From a virus (Duplodnaviria > Caudoviricetes), in the IMG/VR virus record IMGVR_UViG_3300012163_000004, positions 1 through 37,408 of that record: DNA of 37,408 nucleotides; one strand, 5' to 3'. The notes under the pieces are model-generated. The model was not told the origin of the DNA and made no database searches. It saw nothing but the letters and a program-made list of their open reading frames with translations. The position numbers were made by a program, and so were the translations under genes. Shown here in pieces: positions 18,066-26,882 of the stretch. Numbering within the stretch: position 1 is the first letter of the stretch; the number at the start of each line of letters is the position of its first letter.

Positions 18066-19121
18066 ATGCCAGCAGCAGTAGCGATCCCGGCGGCCATATC
18101 GGCCGGAACGTCGATCTTCGGCGGAATCCTCGGCTCTCGGGCGGCCAACAAGGCCGGCCGGTTGCAGCAGGAGGAGGCCCTGCGCCAGGCGCAAGGGTTC
18201 CGCGACACGCTCGGCCAGTACAACCCGCAGATCGGGACCGCCGCGGAGCAGGCGCGGGCGGATGTGCTCGGCGCGGCCGGGACCGCGGGAACGAACCTCA
18301 CCGGCGTTGCGGAGACCGGGGCCCAAGGCATCACCGGGGCGGCCGGCGAGGCCAACGAGTACCTCGCGCCATACCTCGGGCTCGGCAGTCAGGCGGCTCA
18401 ATCGCTCGGCGAGATGATGGCGCCGGGGGGGCAACTCAACCGGGACTTCACGCTCGAGGACATGAAGTCGCTGGATCCCGGCTACCAGTTCCGCATCGAC
18501 CAGGCGAACAAAGCTCTCGCCGGGTCGGCGGCGGCTCGAGGTGGCGCGCTCGGTGGGGGCGCCCTGCGGGCCGCGGCGAACCTCTCGCAGAATCTCGCCT
18601 CGAGCGAGTTCGGCTCGGCCTTCGACCGATTCCGCGCGCAGCAGGGCGACCGATTCAACCGCTTCAGCAGCCTGACGGACTTGGGCGTCCGGACGAGCGG
18701 GCAGGCCGGCGGAAACCTGATGACGGCAGCGCAGCAGGCCGCGGCGCTACGCACCGGGGCGGCTCAGACGGCCGGCGGATGGAACGTCGGGGCCAACGAG
18801 TACGGCGGCAACGCCATGCAGAACGCGGCCGCCTTGCAGGCGTCGAACGCCTTCGGGACGCAGCGGTCGATCGCGGACCTGATGACCGGCGGCGCGGCGG
18901 CGCAGGCGGCCGGAAATGTTGGGGCGGCGAATGCCTGGAGTGGCGCTCTCCAGGGCGTGGGGAATGCCGCCGGCCACGTCGGCGGATATTACCAGCAGAA
19001 GGACCTGATGAAGGATTGGATGGGCGGCTATGGCAATCCATCAACACCGCAGCTCTGGAACCTGCCGGGTCCGAAGAATCCCGCCCTGGACCCGTCCTAC
19101 TGGCCGAGAGGGTACAAATGA
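18066..19121 (+). CDS. DNA ejection/transfer protein (gp7-like)
   Basis: Hydrophobic Gly/Ala N-terminus, LAPYL..G, DPGYQFR..Q...AL..SAAARGG and Q.LAS.EF...F.R motifs. Confidence 0.85.
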   Translation: MPAAVAIPAAISAGTSIFGGILGSRAANKAGRLQQEEALRQAQGFRDTLGQYNPQIGTAAEQARADVLGAAGTAGTNLTGVAETGAQGITGAAGEANEYLAPYLGLGSQAAQSLGEMMAPGGQLNRDFTLEDMKSLDPGYQFRIDQANKALAGSAAARGGALGGGALRAAANLSQNLASSEFGSAFDRFRAQQGDRFNRFSSLTDLGVRTSGQAGGNLMTAAQQAAALRTGAAQTAGGWNVGANEYGGNAMQNAAALQASNAFGTQRSIADLMTGGAAAQAAGNVGAANAWSGALQGVGNAAGHVGGYYQQKDLMKDWMGGYGNPSTPQLWNLPGPKNPALDPSYWPRGYK

Positions 19122-19258
19122 TCAACTTGCGCCTCGTTCTCCTGATTCTGGCGTTCGTTCTATTCGCGATCGCCGCGTTCAATACGACATCGCGAGTCAA
19201 CCTGGTAGCGGCCGGGCTCGCCGTCTGGGTGCTCTCCATGGTCACCACCGCACCGTGA
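19118..19258 (+). CDS. 46-aa protein with two predicted transmembrane helices
   Basis: MINLRLVLLILAFVLFAIAAFNTTSRVNLVAAGLAVWVLSMVTTAP; ATGA overlap with the gp7-like stop and a GAGAGGG RBS. Confidence 0.75.
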   Translation: MINLRLVLLILAFVLFAIAAFNTTSRVNLVAAGLAVWVLSMVTTAP

Positions 19259-19265
19259 GGCAAAC

Positions 19266-20672
19266 ATGGCTCTGAATCCTGAGATCGCGCTCGGCTTCCG
19301 CTCCCCCCAGATCAACCTGGACGTCCCGTCTCCGATCCACCAGATGGGGCAGATGATGACGCTCCGCGGCCTGATGGAGCAGCAGCAGTTGAGGCGCTCG
19401 CAGATCGAGCAGGAGCAGTTCAAGCTCGAGAGCCTGCGCGAGGCGAACGCCGGCCAGCAGGAATTCCAGCGACGGGCGCTTGCCGGCGAGGACCTGACGC
19501 AGGGGCAGACGCTGGGCTATTTAGGGCCGAAGCTTGGGACGGAATACCTCAAGGGACAGTCGGAACTCGAGGAGCAGCGCATCAAGCAGCAGCGTGCCCA
19601 GGAGGAGCAACAGGAAAAATACCTGCGGATGCTCGGCCAGGCCGGTCTCGCCTCGAAGAATCAGCAGGACCGCGACTTCAGAATCAAGTTGTTAGTCAGC
19701 GGAAAAGTCATACCGCAAGAGGTCGCCAACCAGATGCTGGCGCAGCCGTTCGATCTGGAAGCTACACAGACATTCGGACAGCAGTTCATGACGATGGCTG
19801 ACCAGTTGAAAGAAAAGCGCGAAGCAGCGGAACGGGCATTCAAGGAACAAAAGGAACCGCTCGAGCTACGGACTGCGGCGGCACAGGCGACGACGGCGGA
19901 ACAGACGGCGGCCGGAACGAAGCCAATTCAGCCGGAGGAACAGGCGCGGCTCGAAGCGGAAAAGGTTCGCCTGGACCGGGAAGCGGCCGCGGCGAAGGAA
20001 ACCGCACGCCACAATCGGGCGATGGAAGGCCGCATCTCCCAGGCGACCGCCGCCGGATTGACGCAGGGGCAGAGCCAGCGCGTGCTACAGATCGCCGGCC
20101 AGTTCGACAACGAGCCGATGGTGAAGAATTACAACGTCATCGGGGAAGCCAACAACTTCGTGAAGAGCCTTGGGGAGAAAGGCGGCGGCAACGCGGGCGA
20201 CGATCAGGCCCTGTTGTACGCATTCGCAAAGGCGATGGACCCCGGCAGCGTGGTTCGCGAGGGCGAATACGCTACGGTGCAGAGGTACGCGCAATCATGG
20301 GCCGACACGTTCGGATTCAAGACGGCGCGAATCTTCAGCAATTCACCGTTCTTGTCCGACGATGCGCGGAAGCAGATGAAGGCCACCATCGAAAAAAGGG
20401 CAGCCAGCGCAAAGACGTCCTATGACAACATCTACAACGAATACGGGCGCCGGATCGAGCGACAGTCGGGAGTCCAGAGCGGGAAGGACTACCTGACGAA
20501 CTACGGCCAGGCCTTCGAGGGAGGCGCAGCGCCCGCCGCAGCGCCGCAACCAGCCGCCGCAGCGCCAAAGAAAGCGCCGCCGGCAGTCGGCACGGTCAAA
20601 GACGGCTATCGCTTCCTCGGCGGCGATCCCGGCAATCCGAAGAACTGGCAACTCGCTCTGACGGTGAAATAG
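19266..20672 (+). CDS. DNA ejection protein (gp20-like)
   Basis: MALNPEIALG start, Q-rich helical body, KAMDPGSVVREGEY and a C-terminal GTVKDGYRFLGGDP...NW motif. Confidence 0.78.
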   Translation: MALNPEIALGFRSPQINLDVPSPIHQMGQMMTLRGLMEQQQLRRSQIEQEQFKLESLREANAGQQEFQRRALAGEDLTQGQTLGYLGPKLGTEYLKGQSELEEQRIKQQRAQEEQQEKYLRMLGQAGLASKNQQDRDFRIKLLVSGKVIPQEVANQMLAQPFDLEATQTFGQQFMTMADQLKEKREAAERAFKEQKEPLELRTAAAQATTAEQTAAGTKPIQPEEQARLEAEKVRLDREAAAAKETARHNRAMEGRISQATAAGLTQGQSQRVLQIAGQFDNEPMVKNYNVIGEANNFVKSLGEKGGGNAGDDQALLYAFAKAMDPGSVVREGEYATVQRYAQSWADTFGFKTARIFSNSPFLSDDARKQMKATIEKRAASAKTSYDNIYNEYGRRIERQSGVQSGKDYLTNYGQAFEGGAAPAAAPQPAAAAPKKAPPAVGTVKDGYRFLGGDPGNPKNWQLALTVK

Positions 20673-20673
20673 C

Positions 20674-23600
20674 ATGGCTGGGCCTTGGGAGGAATACCAG
20701 ACGACGAAAGCGCCGGCGGCGACGGGGCCGATCATCGTCCGCTCACGCGATGAGGTGCTCGGCCAGCTCGACCGCTTGAATACGCCGGCCGCGCCGCCGC
20801 CGAGCGGGCCTTGGACCGAGTATCAGCAGCCGGCGCCGCCCAAGGCCACCGACGAAGAGCGCCGCACGGTGCTCGGGTTCCTCGGCAACGCCGCCAAGTC
20901 CACCGGAAGCCTGCTCGGCGGCCTGGTGAACGTGCCGGAACAGGTCAAAGGCATGACGTCCCTGTTCGCCGGAATGGCTGAGAAGAGCGGATACAAGGCG
21001 CTCCCCGGCCAGCCTGACGTGAACGCCGTCGATGCCTTGATCGCGCACTATAAGGATCGCTACGGCTCGCTCGAAGGCTTCAAAAAGGCCATGTACGAGG
21101 ACCCGGCCGGCGTCATGTTCGACGTCGCCACGGTGCTCGAGCCCGCCGGGGCAGGACTCAAGGCAGCGGGGCTGCCGCGGGCGGCCGCGGCCACCACCCG
21201 CGCCGCTAGGGCGATGAATCCGGTAGTGCAGACCGTCCGTGCCGGCGGCGCGATAGCGAGAGGCGCAGCACCAGCCGTCGAGTTTGCCGCCGCGGGTGCC
21301 CGCGCCGCCGCTCCCGACGTAGCAATCGGCACTGCCAAGATTGGGGCGGGGTATGCGCTCGAGCAAATGCTGCCCGGCGCCGGGCCGCTGAAGTACGCAT
21401 TCGAGCTTCCCACTGTCTACTCGGGCGCCAGGCAGATCCAACGTGGCCTCAAGAAAGGCGTAGCGGCCGGCCGCGAGGCGCTGAAGGCCCGCGCCGCCGC
21501 CGCAGCCGAAGCGCTGGCGGCCGAGACGGAAGCCGCCGCGGCGACCGCCGCACGGCCGGAACCTCCCCCGTCAATCATCCCGCCTGAACGCCAACTGGGG
21601 CCGGGGCCGATCATCACGCCCCCGCCGGCCGACACCAGCGGCACTGTCCGCGGCCTTCCGCCGGCGCAGTACCCGGAAGTGATCCCGCCGGGGCCGCTAC
21701 GCACCAAGCCGGGGGCTTCCGATGCCGCACTCGCAATGCGCGAGGCGATGGGGCTCGGGCAGGAAGAGTTCCGGCTGCCCGAAGCCTCGGCGCCGGACTT
21801 CGCGGCGATTACCCAGGCCGGCCACGTCGATCGTGTGGCTCGTCTGATGCGCGAGAACGGGCTCACCGCGGCCGACGCCCTGCTGCTCGATCCGCCAGAC
21901 TGGATCAACCTTGCCAGATCCGCCGGGATCGTGAAGCCTGACGCCGGCGGCGCGCTCGCGCGGGAGGTGGTGCTCCGTCTGCAATCGTTGGAGCCGAAGC
22001 CGAAAGCGCCGGCGAAGCCCCGCACGCAACCGGCGGCGCCGGAAGCTGCCGTAGTTCCGCCCGCACCGCCGCCGCCGGCGGCGCGCGTGACGCCAGAGGC
22101 GGAAGCCCTCGCCCGCGAGATGCCGGGATACCGGGCGCCGGAGGGAGAGCTGCCGCGGGCTCCTACGGCCTCCGAAACACGTGTCGAGACGATTGCTAAG
22201 GCAATTGCGGCCTATAAAATCCCGATGGCGGATCTCGAGCAACTGGCCGAACATGCGCCGATGGTCGAGAACCTCGCGCGATCGCTCAAGCTGGCGCGGC
22301 CGGCAGCCGGCGAAATCCCGCTGATCGTTAAGCGCATCCGCGAGCTGCGCGGCGCCGGGCCGCCCGCGCCACCGGCGGCTGCGGCGGAAGCTACAATAAG
22401 AACGGATGTTCAAAGTACACCTACCCCAGGACCGCCACCCCGAGAACAGCCCCGAGGCCCGCGGCCGCCGGTTTATGGACCGCGTGAACCAGGCCAGGGA
22501 ACAGCGCCAGGCCGAAGCGCAGTCGTCCGAGTCCCCGGAGAAAGTACCACCTATGCAGGACGATACGCCGTCCGCGACTTAGGCGACGTTCACGCCTCGC
22601 ACAACCCGCACACCTTCGCCAAGAATCCGGACTACCACTTCCGCAACGATCGCGATTACTCCGACCCGACCAATAAAGAGCGTGTCGTCGTCAATAGCAT
22701 GAGAGACGTTTTCGATCCGGCCTACCCGCTCGCCGATTCGCCGGATGCGACCCATGGGGCGCCCGTGATCGATTCCCGCGGTAACGTGCTCGGCGGGAAC
22801 AGCCGCGCCATGATCCTCGACCGCGTATACACGAGCAATCCGGAAGGCGCCGCCGCATATCGGGCCGAACTCGAGAAGGCCGCGCCGCAGTTCGGAATCG
22901 AGCCGCAACAGTTCGCGCACATGAAGCGCCCGGTGCTCGTCCGCGAGCTATCGGACGCGGAACTCGGCCCGGAGCGGGCGCAACGCGCCATCACGGATTT
23001 GAACAAGAGAGGGACCGCGGATCTCACCACAGCCGAGCGCGCCACGTCCGACGCCCGCCGGATGTCCCCCGCCGCGGCCGACTATCTCGCGGGACAAATC
23101 GAGGCCGAGGGCGCCGAAGCCAGCCTCACCGACGTGCTCGCCGGCAAGCGCGGCGTCGAGATCATCAACAAGCTCGTCGATGACGGCGTGTTCACGATGC
23201 AGGAAAAGCCGACCCTGGTCGACAGCCGCACGGGTTCGGTTACGGCGGCCGCCAAAGAGCGGATATCGAAGATGCTGCTCGGCCAAGTCTTTGAATCGAG
23301 CGACCAGCTCGTCCGGACGCCCGCCGAGATCCGCGCCAAGCTCGAGCGCGTCGTCTCGCCGATCCTGCAAGCAGGCCAGAAGGCCGGCTTCGACATCCTG
23401 CCGACCGTGCGGGAAGCGATCGACCTGGTCGAGTATGCCCGCGTTCACGGCATCAAGAACCTCGCCGACGCGGTCGCGCAGGAAAGCATGTTCGCCGACG
23501 CGCCGAGGTTCTCGGCCGAGGCGCTCCAGCTCGCCGACTATCTCCAAGCGCGCAAGCCTACAGAGATCGCGAAGGCATTTCGTCGCTACGTCGCGAATGC

Positions 23601-23769
23601 CGAACCGACGATGTACGGCGAATCGACGGCCGCCGAGGCCTTCGCAGATGCGTTCGGGGCGGCGATGCCTCCGGAAGCGGCGAAAATGGCGCCTGCCGAA
23701 GCGGAAGCGGCTTTCCAGCAGCAGAAGGCCAAGGCCGGCAAGCGCAAAGCGCCGAAGGCCAAGAATTAA
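20674..23769 (+). CDS. Large ejection protein (gp16 position) with a DdrB-like ParB domain
   Basis: N-terminal GPWEEYQ/GPWTEYQ repeats, Ala/Pro-rich linkers, then YAV.DL.DV.ASH...NP.Y...DRDY...GAPVID..GNVLGGNSR. Confidence 0.75.
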   Translation: MAGPWEEYQTTKAPAATGPIIVRSRDEVLGQLDRLNTPAAPPPSGPWTEYQQPAPPKATDEERRTVLGFLGNAAKSTGSLLGGLVNVPEQVKGMTSLFAGMAEKSGYKALPGQPDVNAVDALIAHYKDRYGSLEGFKKAMYEDPAGVMFDVATVLEPAGAGLKAAGLPRAAAATTRAARAMNPVVQTVRAGGAIARGAAPAVEFAAAGARAAAPDVAIGTAKIGAGYALEQMLPGAGPLKYAFELPTVYSGARQIQRGLKKGVAAGREALKARAAAAAEALAAETEAAAATAARPEPPPSIIPPERQLGPGPIITPPPADTSGTVRGLPPAQYPEVIPPGPLRTKPGASDAALAMREAMGLGQEEFRLPEASAPDFAAITQAGHVDRVARLMRENGLTAADALLLDPPDWINLARSAGIVKPDAGGALAREVVLRLQSLEPKPKAPAKPRTQPAAPEAAVVPPAPPPPAARVTPEAEALAREMPGYRAPEGELPRAPTASETRVETIAKAIAAYKIPMADLEQLAEHAPMVENLARSLKLARPAAGEIPLIVKRIRELRGAGPPAPPAAAAEATIRTDVQSTPTPGPPPREQPRGPRPPVYGPREPGQGTAPGRSAVVRVPGESTTYAGRYAVRDLGDVHASHNPHTFAKNPDYHFRNDRDYSDPTNKERVVVNSMRDVFDPAYPLADSPDATHGAPVIDSRGNVLGGNSRAMILDRVYTSNPEGAAAYRAELEKAAPQFGIEPQQFAHMKRPVLVRELSDAELGPERAQRAITDLNKRGTADLTTAERATSDARRMSPAAADYLAGQIEAEGAEASLTDVLAGKRGVEIINKLVDDGVFTMQEKPTLVDSRTGSVTAAAKERISKMLLGQVFESSDQLVRTPAEIRAKLERVVSPILQAGQKAGFDILPTVREAIDLVEYARVHGIKNLADAVAQESMFADAPRFSAEALQLADYLQARKPTEIAKAFRRYVANAEPTMYGESTAAEAFADAFGAAMPPEAAKMAPAEAEAAFQQQKAKAGKRKAPKAKN

Positions 23770-23777
23770 CACCTGCA

Positions 23778-23794
23778 GGCTCATCCCATGAGCC
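23778..23794. terminator. Hairpin between convergent operons (possible terminator)
   Basis: GGCTCAT-CCC-ATGAGCC, a perfect 7-bp stem; no U-tract. Confidence 0.3.
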
Positions 23795-23804
23795 ACCCCA
23801 CCAA

Positions 23805-24062
23805 CTACCACAGATCGATTCCGATCGGTTCTCGCATCCCCACCGGGTTCGTCCCGATGCGGAAGAAGCGGTCATTCACCGGGCAGTCGGGAAACTCCAG
23901 CTCGACCATATCAAGCTCGCCCGCGGCCACCGCTTGCGCGTGCCGTTTGCCAATCTCGGCGAGCGCGCCGCCGCCCGGCTGGACCCACCGCACGGGCTTC
24001 TCGAACACCAGCACGCCGCGGAGGTAGCCGCGCTCGATCATGCGAATGGCGGGGTTAGTCAT
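23805..24062 (-). CDS. Hypothetical protein (85 aa)
   Basis: Internal ATG (MTNPAIRMIERGY...) of the listed ORF; same orientation as the upstream accessory genes. Confidence 0.6.
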   Translation of the reverse strand: MTNPAIRMIERGYLRGVLVFEKPVRWVQPGGGALAEIGKRHAQAVAAGELDMVELEFPDCPVNDRFFRIGTNPVGMREPIGIDLW

Positions 24063-24099
24063 ATTCCGTGTGAAACCCCGGACTGGTGCGCGCCTAAAG

Positions 24100-24288
24100 T
24101 CACGTGGGAAACTTCCTTGCCTTGTTCCGATGCGCTCGCAACCACCGCTTGCGAGCGCGCCACGTCGGATTCCGGCGCAATGCCCATAGATCGCACTCGC
24201 AAGGCCCGTAATGCCGCGCCATACAGCTTTGTCGGATGCTCTCAACTAACTTGCGCCGTGCGCTTTTCGCTTGCACTCTCGATCTCAT
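24100..24288 (-). CDS. Hypothetical basic protein (62 aa)
   Basis: ATGA overlap with the DUF2442 gene stop. Confidence 0.45.
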   Translation of the reverse strand: MRSRVQAKSARRKLVESIRQSCMARHYGPCECDLWALRRNPTWRARKRWLRAHRNKARKFPT

Positions 24289-24563
24289 GCCAACGCTTTA
24301 GCAGTTCGCTTTCCGCCCGGCGCCATGTCGCCGCGCAGAAACCCGGCGATGGTCAGGTCTTCATCGATTTGCGGCCAATGAATACCGTAGCCATTGCCGA
24401 GCCATCGGAAATCGTTCCGCTCGGCTTCGGTGGCTCTCAAAAGGCGCGGATACCAGGAGAGCGGAACGGTAATGGTGCGTCCGTCGGCCAGCTCGCAGGT
24501 AAGTTCATCGTCCGCGAAGGAGAGGGAGACGCCCTGCACTTTTTCATCGTCCAAAGTAGCCAT
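24285..24563 (-). CDS. DUF2442 family protein (antitoxin-like)
   Basis: ELADGRTITVPLSWYPRLLRAT.AER......G.GIHWPQIDEDL is the family signature. Confidence 0.88.
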   Translation of the reverse strand: MATLDDEKVQGVSLSFADDELTCELADGRTITVPLSWYPRLLRATEAERNDFRWLGNGYGIHWPQIDEDLTIAGFLRGDMAPGGKRTAKALA

Positions 24564-24587
24564 TCCAGAGTTCCATCCGCCGCGCGA

Positions 24588-25085
24588 TCACCGCGACGGG
24601 CTATGGCGTTTTCTGCTCCGGCCTTTTCTTGGCGGCGGCGTGTCGTCCGGGAGGATCTCCGCCAACGAATATGGGCATTCCTGCGGTAGGTCCTGCTCGA
24701 TGATTCCGGTCTCGGCGCCGGCTAGAGTCATGGCGCTCAAGTACGCCGTCTCGACCGACTCGGCCAGTTTGCCCTTCAGGCTCGGATTCTTATTCAGAAG
24801 GCGGGCGATCCGGCGGCGTTGCTCAATAATTGTGGCGGTCCAACTGCGTGTCTGCTTGTCTGGCTGAAACTCACATTTCAGCATGTGGGCCATCAGCAGT
24901 CCCAGGCGGTTGATCAGTTCATCCTCTCTGTTGCCGCTCAAGCTCTCCAACTCCTCCGCGATATGTTCGCCGTCGAGCGGCTCGCCAGCCCTCAATCTCC
25001 GCGCCTGATCCAATGCCCACGCGTGAAAGTCGTTTTCGTACAAATCGCCCGGTCGGGCGTGCTTTGCCTGTGAAAGTTGGCTCAT
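24588..25085 (-). CDS. DUF29 family protein
   Basis: LYENDFHAW...QARRLR, LD.EHIAEELESL, L..L.AH.LK..FQP....SW..TI.EQRR and P.ECPYSL..IL motifs. Confidence 0.9.
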   Translation of the reverse strand: MSQLSQAKHARPGDLYENDFHAWALDQARRLRAGEPLDGEHIAEELESLSGNREDELINRLGLLMAHMLKCEFQPDKQTRSWTATIIEQRRRIARLLNKNPSLKGKLAESVETAYLSAMTLAGAETGIIEQDLPQECPYSLAEILPDDTPPPRKGRSRKRHSPSR

Positions 25086-25196
25086 AAAAGAGCTATCCGC
25101 CAGTTGTATTGGATTTGGTCGGGCATGTGGAAAGCGGGGCGCAATCTCTAGGTCCGACGCTGGTACTACTGTAGCGCGTTAGGGCTGTTCGCTGTG

Positions 25197-25394
25197 TCAC
25201 TCCGCCTTCTTCTTCCGCCCGCGCCCGCCGGCCAGGCCGGCCTTCCGCGCGATCGCGCTCCGCTCCTCGGGGGTGAGCTTCGCCTTGCTGGCCGCGCCGC
25301 CCTTCCGCGACACCTCTGCGCGTTCTTCGGCAGTCATCTTCTTCATCCGTAGCGCCGCCAATGCGACGGCAGCTGCATTCTTTTTTCTCGCCAC
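25197..25394 (-). CDS. Small basic KGG-type repeat protein; candidate repressor
   Basis: KNAAAVALA...MTAEERAEVSRKGG..SKAKLTPEERSAIARKAG. The GTG start lies 6 nt after a TGnTAAACT extended -10 box, implying a leaderless mRNA. Confidence 0.75.
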   Translation of the reverse strand: MARKKNAAAVALAALRMKKMTAEERAEVSRKGGAASKAKLTPEERSAIARKAGLAGGRGRKKKAE

Positions 25395-25400
25395 AAAAAT

Positions 25401-25455
25401 AGTTTACCAGAATCGTTAGTGAGCTATTGACTCAGTATCGGTACTGAGCTATTAT
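25401..25455. promoter_or_regulatory. Divergent promoters with tandem operators (genetic switch)
   Basis: Rightward promoter TTGACT(25427)-17 nt-TATTAT(25450). Leftward TGGTAAACT at 25409-25401. Palindrome CTCAGTA-TCGG-TACTGAG at 25431-25448, with a 13/18 degenerate copy at 25406-25423. Confidence 0.8.
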
Positions 25456-25509
25456 TCAGAAGTAGCCGAAAGCAGCGCGGCTCTAAAGAAAGCGCAAAAG
25501 GAAAACCAC

Positions 25510-25839
25510 ATGATCTACGGAACTTCATACTCAGGCACGACCCGCGAATGCGAGGCCTGCGGGCACTTCACCAATGTGCACGCGGACTGCGCCGCCTGCT
25601 CGAAGGCGATCTGCGAGGCTTGCGCCCTGCACGGCGGTTGCGTTACGGATTTCTGCTCGGAGGCCTGCAAGCAGGCGGTCTGCGAGCACGCGCACGTCGC
25701 CTACGACTGCGCCGACGACTGCGACTCGAGCGCCGGGTACTCCGGCTTCCGCGAATCGTGGACGTGCAGCGACTGCGGCGCGGACCTCACCGGCGCCGAG
25801 GGCGACGACGTCCAGCTCACCGAAAGGCGGGCCGCGTAA
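25510..25839 (+). CDS. Cys-rich putative zinc-binding early protein
   Basis: Multiple CxxC motifs; AAGGA RBS; first gene after the rightward promoter. Confidence 0.75.
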   Translation: MIYGTSYSGTTRECEACGHFTNVHADCAACSKAICEACALHGGCVTDFCSEACKQAVCEHAHVAYDCADDCDSSAGYSGFRESWTCSDCGADLTGAEGDDVQLTERRAA

Positions 25840-26105
25840 TGACCACAGAAAGACGCCAGATCCTCCTGAGCACGGAAGCACAGCTCACAGACCGCCTCGC
25901 CGCCCTGCGGGAGCGGTACGACCCCGACAACGACGGGGGCGATTACCCCTTCGCGCAGCTCCGCGAGCTGCACCTGATCGAGCGGGAGCTGCTCGAGCGC
26001 CGCGGCGGCAGCCCGCAGTCCGACGACTGGGTCGCCGACAACCACACGGCGCTCTGGAATGCCACCGACATCGAACCGAGCCTTAAGTACCGGGGCCGCT
26101 ACTAG
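25839..26105 (+). CDS. Hypothetical protein (88 aa)
   Basis: TAATG overlap with the previous stop; MTTERRQILLSTEAQL... Confidence 0.7.
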   Translation: MTTERRQILLSTEAQLTDRLAALRERYDPDNDGGDYPFAQLRELHLIERELLERRGGSPQSDDWVADNHTALWNATDIEPSLKYRGRY

Positions 26106-26141
26106 GACGCCTACGAACTGAATTCAAGGAGATCAACTAAC

Positions 26142-26882
26142 ATGGCCGACGTCATTAAATTCGAATTCGATCAACCGGTGGAAGTCGCGCTGCGCTTCAC
26201 CGAACCCAAGGTCTTTGCCTCAAACTTCGCCGGCGGCGACGACCGCCACATGTACTCGACCACAGACGGCCGGGTCATGTACGTCACGCCGCTCACCTCG
26301 GCGCGGATCAAGGCGTTGCAGTTGGCGCACGGCGAGTTCTTTTCGATCTGCAAGCGCAAGGACGGCCGCCTGACGGAGTTCGCCGTCTCGCGCGAGCCGA
26401 TGGCCGCGGGCCCGGCACGGCCGGCAACCGCTCCGCGGCAACCTGCGCCTTTCAAGACGAACCTGCCTACTCGCCTCTATGCGCCCGCGCCGGCGCGGGA
26501 ACACAAGCCGTCGACCGAGCTGGAGACTCGCCTCTATGCCCATCCGGCGGTCGCACACGAGCCGCCGTCCCAGCTCGAGCAGCAGCTCCGCGCGTCGATC
26601 GACATGGTGAACCGCCGGAAGGCGGGCGAGCAGGGCGATGGAACGCTCGCGGTCATGGCGCCGCCTCCGGTCAAACCCGCTGAGTCGCGCATGGCGCCCG
26701 CGGTCGCCGAGTTCAGCTCGCGCCTGGTGCTTGAAACGAATGCGTTGGTCGACGTTTACGCCGCGGCGCTCAAGACGGCCTCCGAGCGCCACGGCAACAG
26801 CGTGAAGCCTGATGACGTTCGCTCGTTCGTGGTGACGGCTTACATCAACGCCTCGAAGTCCGGAGGACGCAATGCCGCCTAA
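26142..26882 (+). CDS. Hypothetical early protein (beta-rich N-terminus, Pro-rich linker; possibly ssDNA-binding)
   Basis: AAGGAG RBS; 246 aa. The function is a guess from composition and position. Confidence 0.75.
   Translation: MADVIKFEFDQPVEVALRFTEPKVFASNFAGGDDRHMYSTTDGRVMYVTPLTSARIKALQLAHGEFFSICKRKDGRLTEFAVSREPMAAGPARPATAPRQPAPFKTNLPTRLYAPAPAREHKPSTELETRLYAHPAVAHEPPSQLEQQLRASIDMVNRRKAGEQGDGTLAVMAPPPVKPAESRMAPAVAEFSSRLVLETNALVDVYAAALKTASERHGNSVKPDDVRSFVVTAYINASKSGGRNAA

Noticed and set aside
18059-19117. 399-aa ORF overlapping the gp7-like gene
   Set aside because: Shadow frame; only its last 46 codons (from ATG 19118) look real.
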